Source of the DNA: a virus
Lineage: Duplodnaviria; Caudoviricetes
Strand: one strand, 5' to 3'
Length of the DNA stretch: 63,187 nucleotides
Virus record (IMG/VR): IMGVR_UViG_3300011339_000451
Location: 1-63,187 of that record
This document shows positions 24,966 to 34,242 of the stretch, in pieces. Under the pieces are notes generated by a model. That model worked only from the letters and a program-made list of their open reading frames with translations. It had not been told where the DNA came from and made no database searches. Within the stretch, counting starts at the first letter, position 1; every line of letters starts with the position of its first letter. Position numbers and translations under genes: made by a program.

Positions 24966-25162
24966 TGGAAATGAAACTATTTGAAGTTCTTGATGGCAAG
25001 TTCAAAGACCAAATAGAGAGTTTGAAACAGGTTGTCAGTGATGGTGGAGCTAAATCCTACGATCACTACAAAGAATTGTGCGGAAATATCCGGGGTCTGC
25101 AAACCGCACAATATGAACTTGCTGACCTCGTGCGAAAACTTAAGGAATATGAAGATGACTGA
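24965..25162 (+). CDS. Hypothetical protein
   Basis: Coupled ORF between portal and GroES. Confidence 0.7.
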   Translation: MEMKLFEVLDGKFKDQIESLKQVVSDGGAKSYDHYKELCGNIRGLQTAQYELADLVRKLKEYEDD

Positions 25163-25559
25163 ATTTGATGTCAGTGCGGTTGATCTAAGCGCGGTGCTGA
25201 ATACCTCCGCTGAAGAGAAAGCCAAACAAGTACCCGATCCCGCTACGTACCACTTGCTGTGTATGTTGCCCAAGGCGGAAGAGGAACTTAGTGAATCTGG
25301 TATCGTGAAGTCTGCGCAAATGATGTACAACGAGGAGCTTCTCTCCCCCGTTCTATTCGTTGCAAAGATTGGCCCCGATGCCTTCAAAGACCCAGCCCGA
25401 TTCCCATCTGGCCCGTCATGCAAAGTTGGTGACTTTGTGTTGGTTAGACCCAACACTGGAACCCGCATGAAAATTCACGGGACAGAGTGGCGACTGATTA
25501 ACGACGACTCAGTGCAAGCTGTTGTGCAAGACCCCCGTGGTATCCAACGCCCAATGTAA
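25155..25559 (+). CDS. GroES/Cpn10-like co-chaperonin
   Basis: SESGIV mobile loop, VAKIGP, CKVGDFVL, RLINDDSVQAVV. Confidence 0.8.
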   Translation: MTEFDVSAVDLSAVLNTSAEEKAKQVPDPATYHLLCMLPKAEEELSESGIVKSAQMMYNEELLSPVLFVAKIGPDAFKDPARFPSGPSCKVGDFVLVRPNTGTRMKIHGTEWRLINDDSVQAVVQDPRGIQRPM

Positions 25560-25569
25560 GGAGTAAATC

Positions 25570-26520
25570 ATGGCTGAAATTGAAAAAACAGAATTTGAGT
25601 TTCCTGATGAGGCCGCCGAAAACCCCCGTAAGGGCGGGAAGATGGTTGAGCCCGAGCAGGAGCCCGAAATTGAAATAGTTGACGACACCCCAGAGGAAGA
25701 TCGCAACCGTACTCCGATGGAAAATCCCCCTAAGGATGTACCAGAGGACGAGCTGGCCAAGTACGACGAGAGCGTACAGAAGCGAATTAAACACTTTAGC
25801 AAGGGCTATCACGAGGAAAGACGCGCAAAAGAGGCGGCTGAACGTGAAAAAGAAGAGGCTTTACGCTTTGCCAAGGCCGTTGCTGAGGAGAATAAACGCT
25901 TAAAAGGCTCTGTAAATCAGGGTCAAAGTGCGCTTTTAGAGCAAGCAAAGCGGGTTATTCAGAGTGAAGTTGAAGATGCAAAGCGTCTATATAAGGAAGC
26001 TTATGAATCTGGCGACTCTGAAAAGCTACTAGAAGCACAAGAAGCGCTTACAAATGCGAAGATCCGTGCTGATAAAGTAAACAATTTTAAGCCGACCCCT
26101 TTACAGGTTGATGAAACTCCTGTACAAATCGAGCCACAGCCTACCAAGGCGGCGCCAGTTGATGAAAAACTACTTGCTTGGCAAGAAAGAAACCAGTGGT
26201 TTGGAACCAACAAGCGCATGACTGCTTATGCTTTAGGCGTTCATGAAGACTTGGTAAGCGAAGGAATACCTAGTGGCAGTGACGAATACTACAAACGTAT
26301 CGACGCTGACATGAAGGAAAGATTCTCGGAACAGTTTGGAGCCGAAGAGTCCGTTGATGCTAAACCTCAGCGCACTAAATCCAACAACGTTGCACCTGCA
26401 ACCCGTAGCACCGCGCCTAAAAAGATCGTGCTGACGCAGACACAGGTGAATCTCGCCAAGCGGTTGGGAGTTCCATTGGAGCTGTACGCCCGTAAGGTTG
26501 CTGAAGAAATGAGGAAATGA
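25570..26520 (+). CDS. Putative capsid scaffolding protein
   Basis: Acidic coiled coil; position upstream of the capsid gene. Confidence 0.7.
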   Translation: MAEIEKTEFEFPDEAAENPRKGGKMVEPEQEPEIEIVDDTPEEDRNRTPMENPPKDVPEDELAKYDESVQKRIKHFSKGYHEERRAKEAAEREKEEALRFAKAVAEENKRLKGSVNQGQSALLEQAKRVIQSEVEDAKRLYKEAYESGDSEKLLEAQEALTNAKIRADKVNNFKPTPLQVDETPVQIEPQPTKAAPVDEKLLAWQERNQWFGTNKRMTAYALGVHEDLVSEGIPSGSDEYYKRIDADMKERFSEQFGAEESVDAKPQRTKSNNVAPATRSTAPKKIVLTQTQVNLAKRLGVPLELYARKVAEEMRK

Positions 26521-26975
26521 AAATGGAAAAGACTGCACGCACGCCACGCGAACTTGATACACGCGAAAAGTTGGAGCGTCCAAAACAATGGATGCCGCCA
26601 CAGCTTTTGCCCGACCCCACACCGGAGCCGGGCTACGCTTATCGCTGGATCAGGATTAGCTCGCTGGGTAAAGACGACGCCACTAACATTTCCGGAAAAC
26701 TACGCGAAGGCTGGGAACCCGTCAGGGCCGCAGACCATCCCGAGATCCGCTTGTTTGGTTCTTCCAATGCGAAGTTCCCAGACTGTGTGGAAGTAGGCGG
26801 TTTGTTGCTTTGCAAAACACCTGTGGAATTTACACAACAGCGTGATGCGTACTATCGCCAGCAGGCGGAGGCGCAGATGGCTTCGGTAGATAACACTTAC
26901 ATGCGCGAAAATGACCCACGGATGCCTATGTTCAAAGAACGTAAGTCCACGGTTACTTTCGGTAAAGGTCAGTAA
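26517..26975 (+). CDS. Head-module hypothetical protein
   Basis: YRWIR...REGWEPV...GGLLLC. Confidence 0.75.
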   Translation: MKMEKTARTPRELDTREKLERPKQWMPPQLLPDPTPEPGYAYRWIRISSLGKDDATNISGKLREGWEPVRAADHPEIRLFGSSNAKFPDCVEVGGLLLCKTPVEFTQQRDAYYRQQAEAQMASVDNTYMRENDPRMPMFKERKSTVTFGKGQ

Positions 26976-26994
26976 ACTTTTTTGGAGTCTATAG

Positions 26995-27609
26995 ATGGCA
27001 TACCCTACCATTGACAAGACGTACGGCTTTAAGCCTGTCAATCGCATTGACGGCCTGCCTTACGCCGGAGCGATCCGTCAAATCCCAATCGCGCCAGCCT
27101 ACGCTACTGCTATTCTGAATGGTGATACCGTCCAGATTAACACTAGCGGCTACATCGTCGCGGCAAACACTACCGATTCCGGTAAGATTGCTGGCGTGTT
27201 GGTTGGTTGTTCTTACATCAACTCTTTGAGCCAGCCTACGTTTAGCCAGTACTATCCTGCGGCAGTCTCAACTTCCACACAGATGGCTTTTGCTTTCGTT
27301 GTGGATGATCCTATGGCGGCATTCCGTGTCTGCGCTACAGTTGCTGGTTCCACCACTCCTACGGCTTATACCCGTGCGTTGGTTGGTTCTAACGTTGCTT
27401 TGGTTGCAGGTGCTGGTTCCACCACCACTGGTGACTCTGCTTACGGTATCGACGGTTCTTCTGCCGCTACTACAGCAACCCTTCCTGTTCGCGTGATCGA
27501 CGTTGTGCCTGACACAGCGACCGGTAATGCAAACGTTGCCGCAACAACTTATTACGAGTTCATCGTAAAGTTCAACACCAATCAGTATAACAATACTGAA
27601 GGTATCTAA
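26995..27609 (+). CDS. Putative capsid decoration / minor head protein
   Basis: Ala/Thr/Gly-rich; directly before the major capsid gene. Confidence 0.65.
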   Translation: MAYPTIDKTYGFKPVNRIDGLPYAGAIRQIPIAPAYATAILNGDTVQINTSGYIVAANTTDSGKIAGVLVGCSYINSLSQPTFSQYYPAAVSTSTQMAFAFVVDDPMAAFRVCATVAGSTTPTAYTRALVGSNVALVAGAGSTTTGDSAYGIDGSSAATTATLPVRVIDVVPDTATGNANVAATTYYEFIVKFNTNQYNNTEGI

Positions 27610-27622
27610 GGAGTAACTTACC

Positions 27623-28534
27623 ATGGCTATTTCACGCGCACAGCTACTTAAAGAGTTGCTCCCCGGCTTGAACGCATTGTTCGGTTTGGAGTACGCTAAA
27701 TACGGCGAAGAGCACAAAGAGATCTACGAAACTGAGACATCAGAGCGTAGCTTCGAAGAAGAAACCAAACTGTCAGGCTTCTCAGCCGCGCCAGTCAAGG
27801 CCGAGGGTTCATCCATCGCTTATGACGCCGCACAAGAAGCATGGACTGCACGTTACACCCACGAAACCATTGCGATGGGCTTCTCCATCACTGAGGAAGC
27901 TGTGGAAGATAACTTGTATGACAGCTTGTCTTCACGCTATACCAAAGCTTTGGCTCGCGGTATGGCTTACACCAAGCAGGTCAAAGCCGCTTATGTGTTG
28001 AACAACGCCTTCACCGGCGGCCCAACATACGGCGACGGCCAAGTATTGTGCTCAACAGCACACCCCTTGGTTTCTGGTGGCACCAACAGCAACCGTCCTA
28101 CAACTGGCGCAGACTTGAATGAAACATCGTTGGAAAACGCTGTTATTCAAATCGCCGCTTGGACAGACGAACGTGGTCTTTTGATCGCCGCTAAGCCCAA
28201 GAAATTGATCGTTCCTCCATCACTGATGTTCGTTGCTACACGTTTGCTGGAAACAGAATTGCGTGTTGGTACAACCGACAACGACATCAATGCGTTGAAG
28301 AACAACGGTTCAATTCCTGAAGGCTATGCCGTTAACCACTTCTTGACAGACACCAACGCTTGGTTCCTGTTGACAGACGTACCTAACGGTTTGAAACACT
28401 TCGTTCGCACCCCAATGTCTACTGGCATGGACGGTGACTTTGACACAGGTAACGTTCGTTACAAAGCCCGTGAGCGTTACAGCTTCGGCGTGTCAGATCC
28501 ACTGGGTATCTTTGGTTCACCCGGTTCGTCCTGA
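27623..28534 (+). CDS. Major capsid protein
   Basis: 303 aa, MAISRAQLLKELLPGLNALFG...KARERYSFG; strong RBS; followed by a terminator. Confidence 0.85.
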   Translation: MAISRAQLLKELLPGLNALFGLEYAKYGEEHKEIYETETSERSFEEETKLSGFSAAPVKAEGSSIAYDAAQEAWTARYTHETIAMGFSITEEAVEDNLYDSLSSRYTKALARGMAYTKQVKAAYVLNNAFTGGPTYGDGQVLCSTAHPLVSGGTNSNRPTTGADLNETSLENAVIQIAAWTDERGLLIAAKPKKLIVPPSLMFVATRLLETELRVGTTDNDINALKNNGSIPEGYAVNHFLTDTNAWFLLTDVPNGLKHFVRTPMSTGMDGDFDTGNVRYKARERYSFGVSDPLGIFGSPGSS

Positions 28535-28549
28535 TCGACGAAAAAAAAG

Positions 28550-28572
28550 AGGGAGCTTCGGCTCCCTTTTTT
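28550..28572 (+). terminator. Intrinsic terminator, possibly bidirectional
   Basis: AGGGAGC-TTCG-GCTCCCT with a T run after and an A run before. Confidence 0.9.
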
Positions 28573-28573
28573 A

Positions 28574-28602
28574 TTGCATTACATTTATCGTAGTGGTATA
28601 AA
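28574..28602 (+). promoter_or_regulatory. Sigma70-like promoter
   Basis: TTGCAT-N17-TATAAA. Confidence 0.5.
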
Positions 28603-28611
28603 CATATTAAT

Positions 28612-28679
28612 CCGGGCTTTCCGGTGTATCAAACTGTCCCGGCAGACGACATACCGATTGATACACTTCACTTGTATGT
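28612..28679 (+). ncRNA. Candidate pseudoknotted leader RNA
   Basis: Interleaved helices CCGGG/CCCGG, GTGTATCAA/TTGATACAC, ACATAC/GTATGT. Confidence 0.5.
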
Positions 28680-28691
28680 AAGGAACCTATC

Positions 28692-29165
28692 ATGGGAATC
28701 GCTACTCACCTCGGCCCTTGGCTACTTGGCACCAGCCGTTACACAACTGGCACAACTGCCGCAACAACTCGCAACACTGGCGCAACTATTGTCTCTCAAG
28801 ACAAAGCTGTTGCATACAATGATGCTGATGCCGCAACTGCATTCTGCTTGCCTGCTGGCTCACGCATCGTAAGCTTGCAATTCATCACTGTTGACGCATT
28901 TGATGCCGCTACGACAATCACTTTGTCTTTGGATGGCACAGCAATTACTGGCGCTACAACTGTGACCGACGCAGGTCTGGTTACATTCTCTCCAGTGGCT
29001 TCTGATGCTGTCGCTACATTGTGGTCAAACACAGGTACTACCGACAAGTTGGTGACATACACCGTGTCTCAAGGCGCATCTACAAACGGTGCTGGCGTAT
29101 TGGTTGCTAACTACGTTGTTCGCAACTCTGACGGCACAATGTACCAAGCCGCTGGTCAAGTTTAA
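28692..29165 (+). CDS. Putative virion structural protein
   Basis: Thr/Ala-rich, 157 aa. Confidence 0.75.
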   Translation: MGIATHLGPWLLGTSRYTTGTTAATTRNTGATIVSQDKAVAYNDADAATAFCLPAGSRIVSLQFITVDAFDAATTITLSLDGTAITGATTVTDAGLVTFSPVASDAVATLWSNTGTTDKLVTYTVSQGASTNGAGVLVANYVVRNSDGTMYQAAGQV

Positions 29166-29173
29166 TTAATCTA

Positions 29174-29189
29174 GGGGGCTTCGGCCCCC
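29174..29189 (+). terminator. Stem-loop, possible terminator or processing site
   Basis: GGGGGC-TTCG-GCCCCC; no T run. Confidence 0.45.
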
Positions 29190-29208
29190 ATTAACAAGGA
29201 GATTAATT

Positions 29209-29478
29209 ATGATGCAGACAGACGTTAAGGGCAAAGACTGTGCCGCTGGCGCAACCACTACCGTTTACGGTGGTCGTTCACGCTTTAAAGGTATTTGGTA
29301 TAGCTCTTCTGGCGCTTCTACTATTGCCATTAAGGATGGCAACACAACATTGTTTACTTTTACAGTAGCTGGTCAAGCTTCGGATGACATTTGGATTCCC
29401 GGAGAAGGCGTAGTTTGTGAAACAAGCTTGGTTGTTACAACCGGAGCTGGTTTAACGGCAGTGGTGTTCTATGGCTGA
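29209..29478 (+). CDS. Hypothetical structural protein
   Basis: AAGGAG RBS. Confidence 0.7.
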   Translation: MMQTDVKGKDCAAGATTTVYGGRSRFKGIWYSSSGASTIAIKDGNTTLFTFTVAGQASDDIWIPGEGVVCETSLVVTTGAGLTAVVFYG

Positions 29479-30214
29479 AACAAGACAAGCAACTCTGTCA
29501 GGGCGTAAGCTGTTTATCGGCATCCCTGCGTATGACGGCAAGCTGAATATCAAGACAGCATTTGCACTGGCGCAGTTAATGCCCATGGCTATGCAACATG
29601 GTATTTCTATCTTGTTGTCTGATTTGTCCAACTGTTCAATCATTACTATGGCACGCAATGCCTTGGTTAATGAATTCCTAAAGTCGGACGCAACAGAGTT
29701 ATTGTTTATTGATGCGGATGTGGTGGTGACACCTGATGACATTCTTCGCTTAATGGCGCAGAGTGGGAACAAGGACATCACCGCTGGCGCATATCCCCGT
29801 CGTGCAAAGGACAGTAAGTTTTTTGCCGACCTATATTTAGATGGTAACGGCAACCTAGAGTTTGACGGATCGTTGATGCGAGTGACTCGCGTCGGCACAG
29901 GATTCATGTTGATCCAGCGTCACGTTATTGAGAAGATGGTTGCGGCTCATCCAGAGTGGATATACGACAACAAGAGCACTGACGAAAAAATGTCAGCAGT
30001 GTTTGACTTTGCTATTGTGAATGGCAAGTATGTTGGTGAAGACTATCTTTTCTGCGACCGCGCAACCCAGATGGGTTTTACTGTTCACATTGACGTAGAC
30101 ATCAGCTTGCCCCACGTTGGTCAAGAAACATTTGAGCGAAACTTCCGTGAAGATGTGGTGATGCCGTTGATTGAAAACATTCGCCAATCTAAATTGAAAG
30201 TCGTAAATGGCTAA
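29471..30214 (+). CDS. GT-A-fold glycosyltransferase-like protein
   Basis: IGIPAY, ARNAL, LLFIDAD (DxD), GTGFMLI, GEDYLFC. Confidence 0.8.
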   Translation: MAETRQATLSGRKLFIGIPAYDGKLNIKTAFALAQLMPMAMQHGISILLSDLSNCSIITMARNALVNEFLKSDATELLFIDADVVVTPDDILRLMAQSGNKDITAGAYPRRAKDSKFFADLYLDGNGNLEFDGSLMRVTRVGTGFMLIQRHVIEKMVAAHPEWIYDNKSTDEKMSAVFDFAIVNGKYVGEDYLFCDRATQMGFTVHIDVDISLPHVGQETFERNFREDVVMPLIENIRQSKLKVVNG

Positions 30215-30452
30215 GAGTCCAGCATGGCAGAGAAAAGAAGGCAAGAATCCCAATGGTGGCTTGAATGCCAAGGGTCGCGCCTCCGCGAAAAAGCAAGGCA
30301 TGAATTTGAAACCGCCCCAGCCAGAAGGCGGCTCCCGCAAGGACTCTTTCTGTGCGAGGATGGAAGGGATGAAAAAGAAACTGACATCCGCCAAAACCGC
30401 CAAAGACCCAGACTCACGCATAAACAAATCCCTTAGAGCTTGGAAATGTTAG
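30207..30452 (+). CDS. Small basic phage protein
   Basis: AWQRKEGKNPNGGLNAKGR...SFCARM. Confidence 0.75.
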   Translation: MAKSPAWQRKEGKNPNGGLNAKGRASAKKQGMNLKPPQPEGGSRKDSFCARMEGMKKKLTSAKTAKDPDSRINKSLRAWKC

Positions 30453-30685
30453 ATCTAAATACAGCATGGTCAGCAATACTATCCTTGGTGATTGGTTTGC
30501 TTGGCTATATGATGAATGAAAAGTTCAGGGAGCTGGCTCGTGTCACGATCCTTTTGAACAAAACTCGCGAGGAGGTTGCCCGTGATAACGTTACTCAAGC
30601 AGAAGTGGACAGAATTACTGCTCACATTGACCAACGCTTTAACAAGCTTGAAGCAAAAATTGACCAGCTTATTCAAAAAGGGTGA
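30440..30685 (+). CDS. Small membrane-anchored coiled-coil protein
   Basis: N-terminal hydrophobic helix. Confidence 0.65.
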   Translation: MEMLDLNTAWSAILSLVIGLLGYMMNEKFRELARVTILLNKTREEVARDNVTQAEVDRITAHIDQRFNKLEAKIDQLIQKG

Positions 30686-30691
30686 TTAATC

Positions 30692-31015
30692 ATGAGTAAC
30701 GATTATTTTTACGATGATTTTTCCGATGATTTTTCCGATGACATTAGTTTTAATAAAACTGGCGATGTCACCCCGCAAACAGTTGGTGAACGTCCGTTAA
30801 TTAAAAAAATACCTAAATCCGATAGCAATCCGGATAGTCTACGGAATAAATTAAGCGTGCCATTAGCTGGCGGCAGGGTTGGCCCTGCTAGAGTTGGTAA
30901 TACTCCCGGAGTTTCGTGGACTAAAGAATTTTCCAAAGGCGGCAAAGTTTCTTCGGCCTCTAAACGTGCAGACGGTATTGCTCAACGTGGCAAAACAAAA
31001 GGCAGGTATTTGTAA
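30692..31015 (+). CDS. Small protein with C-terminal ADGIAQRGKTKG motif
   Basis: Motif shared with neighbouring genes. Confidence 0.7.
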   Translation: MSNDYFYDDFSDDFSDDISFNKTGDVTPQTVGERPLIKKIPKSDSNPDSLRNKLSVPLAGGRVGPARVGNTPGVSWTKEFSKGGKVSSASKRADGIAQRGKTKGRYL

Positions 31016-31476
31016 TGCCAAGCGTAAGCAAGAAGCAACACAATTTCATGGAAGCGGTGGCTCACAATCCATCGTTCGCCAAGAAAGCAGGAGTCCCACA
31101 GTCGGTGGGAAAAGAATTTTCCAAGGCTGATGAAGGCCGTAAATTTGCAAAAGGTGGCGATATGAAAAAAATGAATATGGGTGGGTACGCAGACGGTGGT
31201 ATGACCATGGTCAAAAAAGGCGACAAGATGGTTCCTGACTTTGCGGCTGACGGTAAAGGCAAAATGGCCAAAGGCGGCATGGCTCATGAAGATGTCAAGA
31301 TGGACAAGAAGATGATGCAGAAGGCTGTGAACAAACACGAAGGCCGTTTGCACAAAGGTCAGCCCATGACTAAGTTGGCTTCTGGTGGTTACACAAAAGC
31401 CGCTGATGGTTGCGCCCAACGTGGTAAGACCAAAGGCACTCAGGTTAAAATGAACAAGGGCGGCTACGCCTGCTAA
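31015..31476 (+). CDS. Basic protein with repeated xAxGG motifs
   Basis: FAKGG, YADGG, MAKGG, LASGG, ADGCAQRGKTKG. Confidence 0.75.
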   Translation: MPSVSKKQHNFMEAVAHNPSFAKKAGVPQSVGKEFSKADEGRKFAKGGDMKKMNMGGYADGGMTMVKKGDKMVPDFAADGKGKMAKGGMAHEDVKMDKKMMQKAVNKHEGRLHKGQPMTKLASGGYTKAADGCAQRGKTKGTQVKMNKGGYAC

Positions 31477-31486
31477 GGATTTAATT

Positions 31487-31963
31487 ATGCCAAAAGCAAA
31501 ACGAATTGAAGACATGTCTGATGCAGAGCTTTCTCGTTTGTCGGGTAAAGCTTATGATGAAGCTATGCCAGAGCCTGATACAACATTTGGTAAGCTAGGA
31601 CGAAAAGCCGCTGGTGTGGCAATGGCTCCTGCTGGCGCACTTGTTAGCGGAGCTACTTTGGGTACAAATCCAAGGGGCCCTAGTGTTATTGATGCGGCAA
31701 AATATGGTGCAAAATCAATGTATCACGCCATGACAGGCGATAAAAAAGCCGCAGAAAAAGCTGACAAAGAATTAAAACAAGATGTTGATCGCGCTCAAAG
31801 CGTAAAACGTCAGCGTGATTCTGGTGAAAGCACCAACGAAATGGGCGACAAATACGCTAAGGGTGGCTCAGTTTCTTCTGCGTCACGTCGTGCTGATGGT
31901 ATTGCAACCAAAGGTAAAACCAAAGGCACCATGGTTAAAATGAACTACGGCGGAAAGTGCTGA
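31487..31963 (+). CDS. Basic protein with C-terminal ADGIATKGKTKG motif
   Basis: YAKGG...RADGIATKGKTKG. Confidence 0.7.
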   Translation: MPKAKRIEDMSDAELSRLSGKAYDEAMPEPDTTFGKLGRKAAGVAMAPAGALVSGATLGTNPRGPSVIDAAKYGAKSMYHAMTGDKKAAEKADKELKQDVDRAQSVKRQRDSGESTNEMGDKYAKGGSVSSASRRADGIATKGKTKGTMVKMNYGGKC

Positions 31964-31964
31964 C

Positions 31965-32240
31965 ATGATCGCCAGTCGCGGTATGGGAGCCATGTCTCCC
32001 TCTAAGATGCCCAGCGGTAAGCGTAAAGCACGCCGCGACGATACCGACTTCACTCAATATGCTGAAGGTGGTAAAGTTAATGCCGCTGGCAATTACACAA
32101 AACCCGGTTTGCGTAAGCGAATCGTGTCGCAGGTAAAGGCGGCGGCTACTCATGGGACTGGTGCGGGCGAATGGTCTGCACGTAAAGCCCAACTTGTAGC
32201 CAAGAAGTACAAAGAAGCTGGCGGAGGCTACCGAGATTGA
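31965..32240 (+). CDS. Small basic phage protein
   Basis: YAEGG; YTKPGLR...WSARKAQL. Confidence 0.7.
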   Translation: MIASRGMGAMSPSKMPSGKRKARRDDTDFTQYAEGGKVNAAGNYTKPGLRKRIVSQVKAAATHGTGAGEWSARKAQLVAKKYKEAGGGYRD

Positions 32241-32470
32241 AAGCTCCTCAGAAATCGCTTAAGGATTGGGGCGACCAAAAGTGGCGCACCAAGTCTGGTA
32301 AACCGTCAAGTAAGACGGGGGAGCGGTATTTGCCTGAAGCGGCTATTAAGTCTTTGACTCCAGCAGAGTATGCGGCTACAACCAAAGCCAAGCGTGAAGG
32401 CAAGGCAAAAGGCAAACAGTTTGTTGCCCAGCCAAAAACTATTGCAAAGAAAACGGCAGGATTTAGATGA
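32237..32470 (+). CDS. Small basic phage protein
   Basis: KWRTKSGKPS...ERYLP; TTG start overlapping the upstream stop. Confidence 0.7.
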   Translation: MKAPQKSLKDWGDQKWRTKSGKPSSKTGERYLPEAAIKSLTPAEYAATTKAKREGKAKGKQFVAQPKTIAKKTAGFR

Positions 32471-33393
32471 CCACCACCGGCTCAACACTCTTTAATCTGG
32501 ACTTCACGGAAATTGCCGAGGAAGCATGGGAGCGTGCGGGCCGGGAGATGCGTTCTGGCTATGACTTGCGCACAGCACGTAGGTCAATGAACTTAATGAC
32601 CATTGAGTGGCAGAACAAAGGCATTAACATGTGGACAATGGAGCAAGGGTTTATTGACCTGACTCCGGGATTAAGTACGTATGCGTTGCCACTGGATACC
32701 ATTGACTTGCTGGAGCATGTCATTCGTACCGGCCAAAACACAGCGTCCACACAAGCTGACTTAACAATTACACGCATTAGCGTTTCAACCTATGCGACTA
32801 TTCCAAACAAGCTTCAGCAAGCTCGCCCAATTCAAGTCTGGATTCAAAGACTTTCGGGCGAAACTAACCCAACTTCGTCAACTCTTGACGGAGCCATCAC
32901 AGCCACGGACACCACGATCACGCTTGACTCGGTGGTTGGACTAGCTGGCTCTGGATTCATTCGTTTGGATTCTGAAGACATTTACTACACTTACATTTCT
33001 GGCAATGATTTGGGCGGAGTGTTTCGTGGTCAAAACAACACTACTGCGGCATCTCACACAGACGGAACAGCGGTATATGTGCCCCAGCTCCCGGCAGTGA
33101 CTGTATGGCCAACACCTGATAACAGTACGTCTTACCAGTTTGTCTACTGGAGACTGCGCCGTGTTCAAGACGCTGGTGCCGGTGTGGAAACAGCAGACAT
33201 GAACTTCCGTTTCTTACCGGCATTGACCGCTGGTTTGGCGTATCACATAGCTGTTAAGGTTCCTGAACTCATGCCTCGCGTGCAGATGCTTAAGCAAATG
33301 TACGATGAAGCGTTTGATATTGCGGCTGGTGAAGATCGCGAGAAGGCGGCTGTCCGGTTTGTTCCTCGTCAGATGTTTATTGGTGGCACGTAA
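32467..33393 (+). CDS. Putative head-tail adaptor / tail protein
   Basis: EEAWER...TARRSMNL...WPTPD...RFLPAL; position. Confidence 0.65.
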   Translation: MTTTGSTLFNLDFTEIAEEAWERAGREMRSGYDLRTARRSMNLMTIEWQNKGINMWTMEQGFIDLTPGLSTYALPLDTIDLLEHVIRTGQNTASTQADLTITRISVSTYATIPNKLQQARPIQVWIQRLSGETNPTSSTLDGAITATDTTITLDSVVGLAGSGFIRLDSEDIYYTYISGNDLGGVFRGQNNTTAASHTDGTAVYVPQLPAVTVWPTPDNSTSYQFVYWRLRRVQDAGAGVETADMNFRFLPALTAGLAYHIAVKVPELMPRVQMLKQMYDEAFDIAAGEDREKAAVRFVPRQMFIGGT

Positions 33394-33785
33394 TGGGCAA
33401 TAGATTTGCATCAGGCAAACGCGCTATTGCGATGTGCGATAGGTGCGGGCAACAGTATTTGTTAAAACAGCTTAAGACTGAAATCATTAAGCAACGCAAA
33501 TACCAGTTGTTAGTTTGCCCTGAATGCTGGGATCCAGACCAACCTCAGTTGATGTTGGGAACTTTCCCGGTAGATGACCCACAAGCTTTGCGCGATCCCC
33601 GCAAAGACACAACTTATGTGACTGCGGGTATTGATGTAAACGGTTTCCCGACCGGTGGTTCAAGGGATATTCAATGGGGCTGGAACCCAGTTGGTGGGGC
33701 CAGTAATTTTGCGAGTGCGTTAACACCAAACTACTTGATGTTAGGCGTACAAATTGGTACAGTTACAATTCAAATAGGGAGCTAA
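33393..33785 (+). CDS. Hypothetical protein with two CxxC motifs
   Basis: CDRCG...VCPEC...DPQAL. Confidence 0.7.
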   Translation: MGNRFASGKRAIAMCDRCGQQYLLKQLKTEIIKQRKYQLLVCPECWDPDQPQLMLGTFPVDDPQALRDPRKDTTYVTAGIDVNGFPTGGSRDIQWGWNPVGGASNFASALTPNYLMLGVQIGTVTIQIGS

Positions 33786-33787
33786 AA

Positions 33788-33973
33788 ATGGCTTACACAC
33801 GATCAGCAGACGGCATCGCTAAAAAAGGTAAAACTGAGGGTAAAAACCTTGGTGATAGCGGCCCAACAGCCAAACAAATGATGGGCGGCAAAAAGACTAA
33901 GGGCGTTACAGGCGAAGCCATGCGTGCCGTTGGTCGCAACATGGCTCGTGCCAACAACCAAAAGCGAGGCTAA
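33788..33973 (+). CDS. Small basic protein
   Basis: ADGIAKKGKTEG. Confidence 0.65.
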   Translation: MAYTRSADGIAKKGKTEGKNLGDSGPTAKQMMGGKKTKGVTGEAMRAVGRNMARANNQKRG

Positions 33974-33975
33974 TC

Positions 33976-34242
33976 ATGGCTACATACAGCAAGAAGATGA
34001 TGGGCAAAGAAGTTGGCGATGCCAAAGTCTATGCCAAGCCTCACACCATGACTGGTAAAGCTGTCAAAGCTTCTACCAATCCCGGCAAAGAGCCAAACCG
34101 TAGCAAACTTGACACCTTGGATGTCAGCGTTGGTGCGGAAAGCAAGTCTGCTGGTGACGAGAAAACCAAGACTAGCGGCATCAAAGTGCGCGGCACAGGT
34201 GCGGCTACTAAAGGTCTGATGGCACGAGGCCCAATGGCATGA
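33976..34242 (+). CDS. Small basic protein
   Basis: Ends RGTGAATKG... Confidence 0.65.
   Translation: MATYSKKMMGKEVGDAKVYAKPHTMTGKAVKASTNPGKEPNRSKLDTLDVSVGAESKSAGDEKTKTSGIKVRGTGAATKGLMARGPMA

Noticed and set aside
30711-30740. 12-bp tandem repeat encoding DDFSDDFSDD
   Set aside because: Short in-frame coding duplication with no further structure
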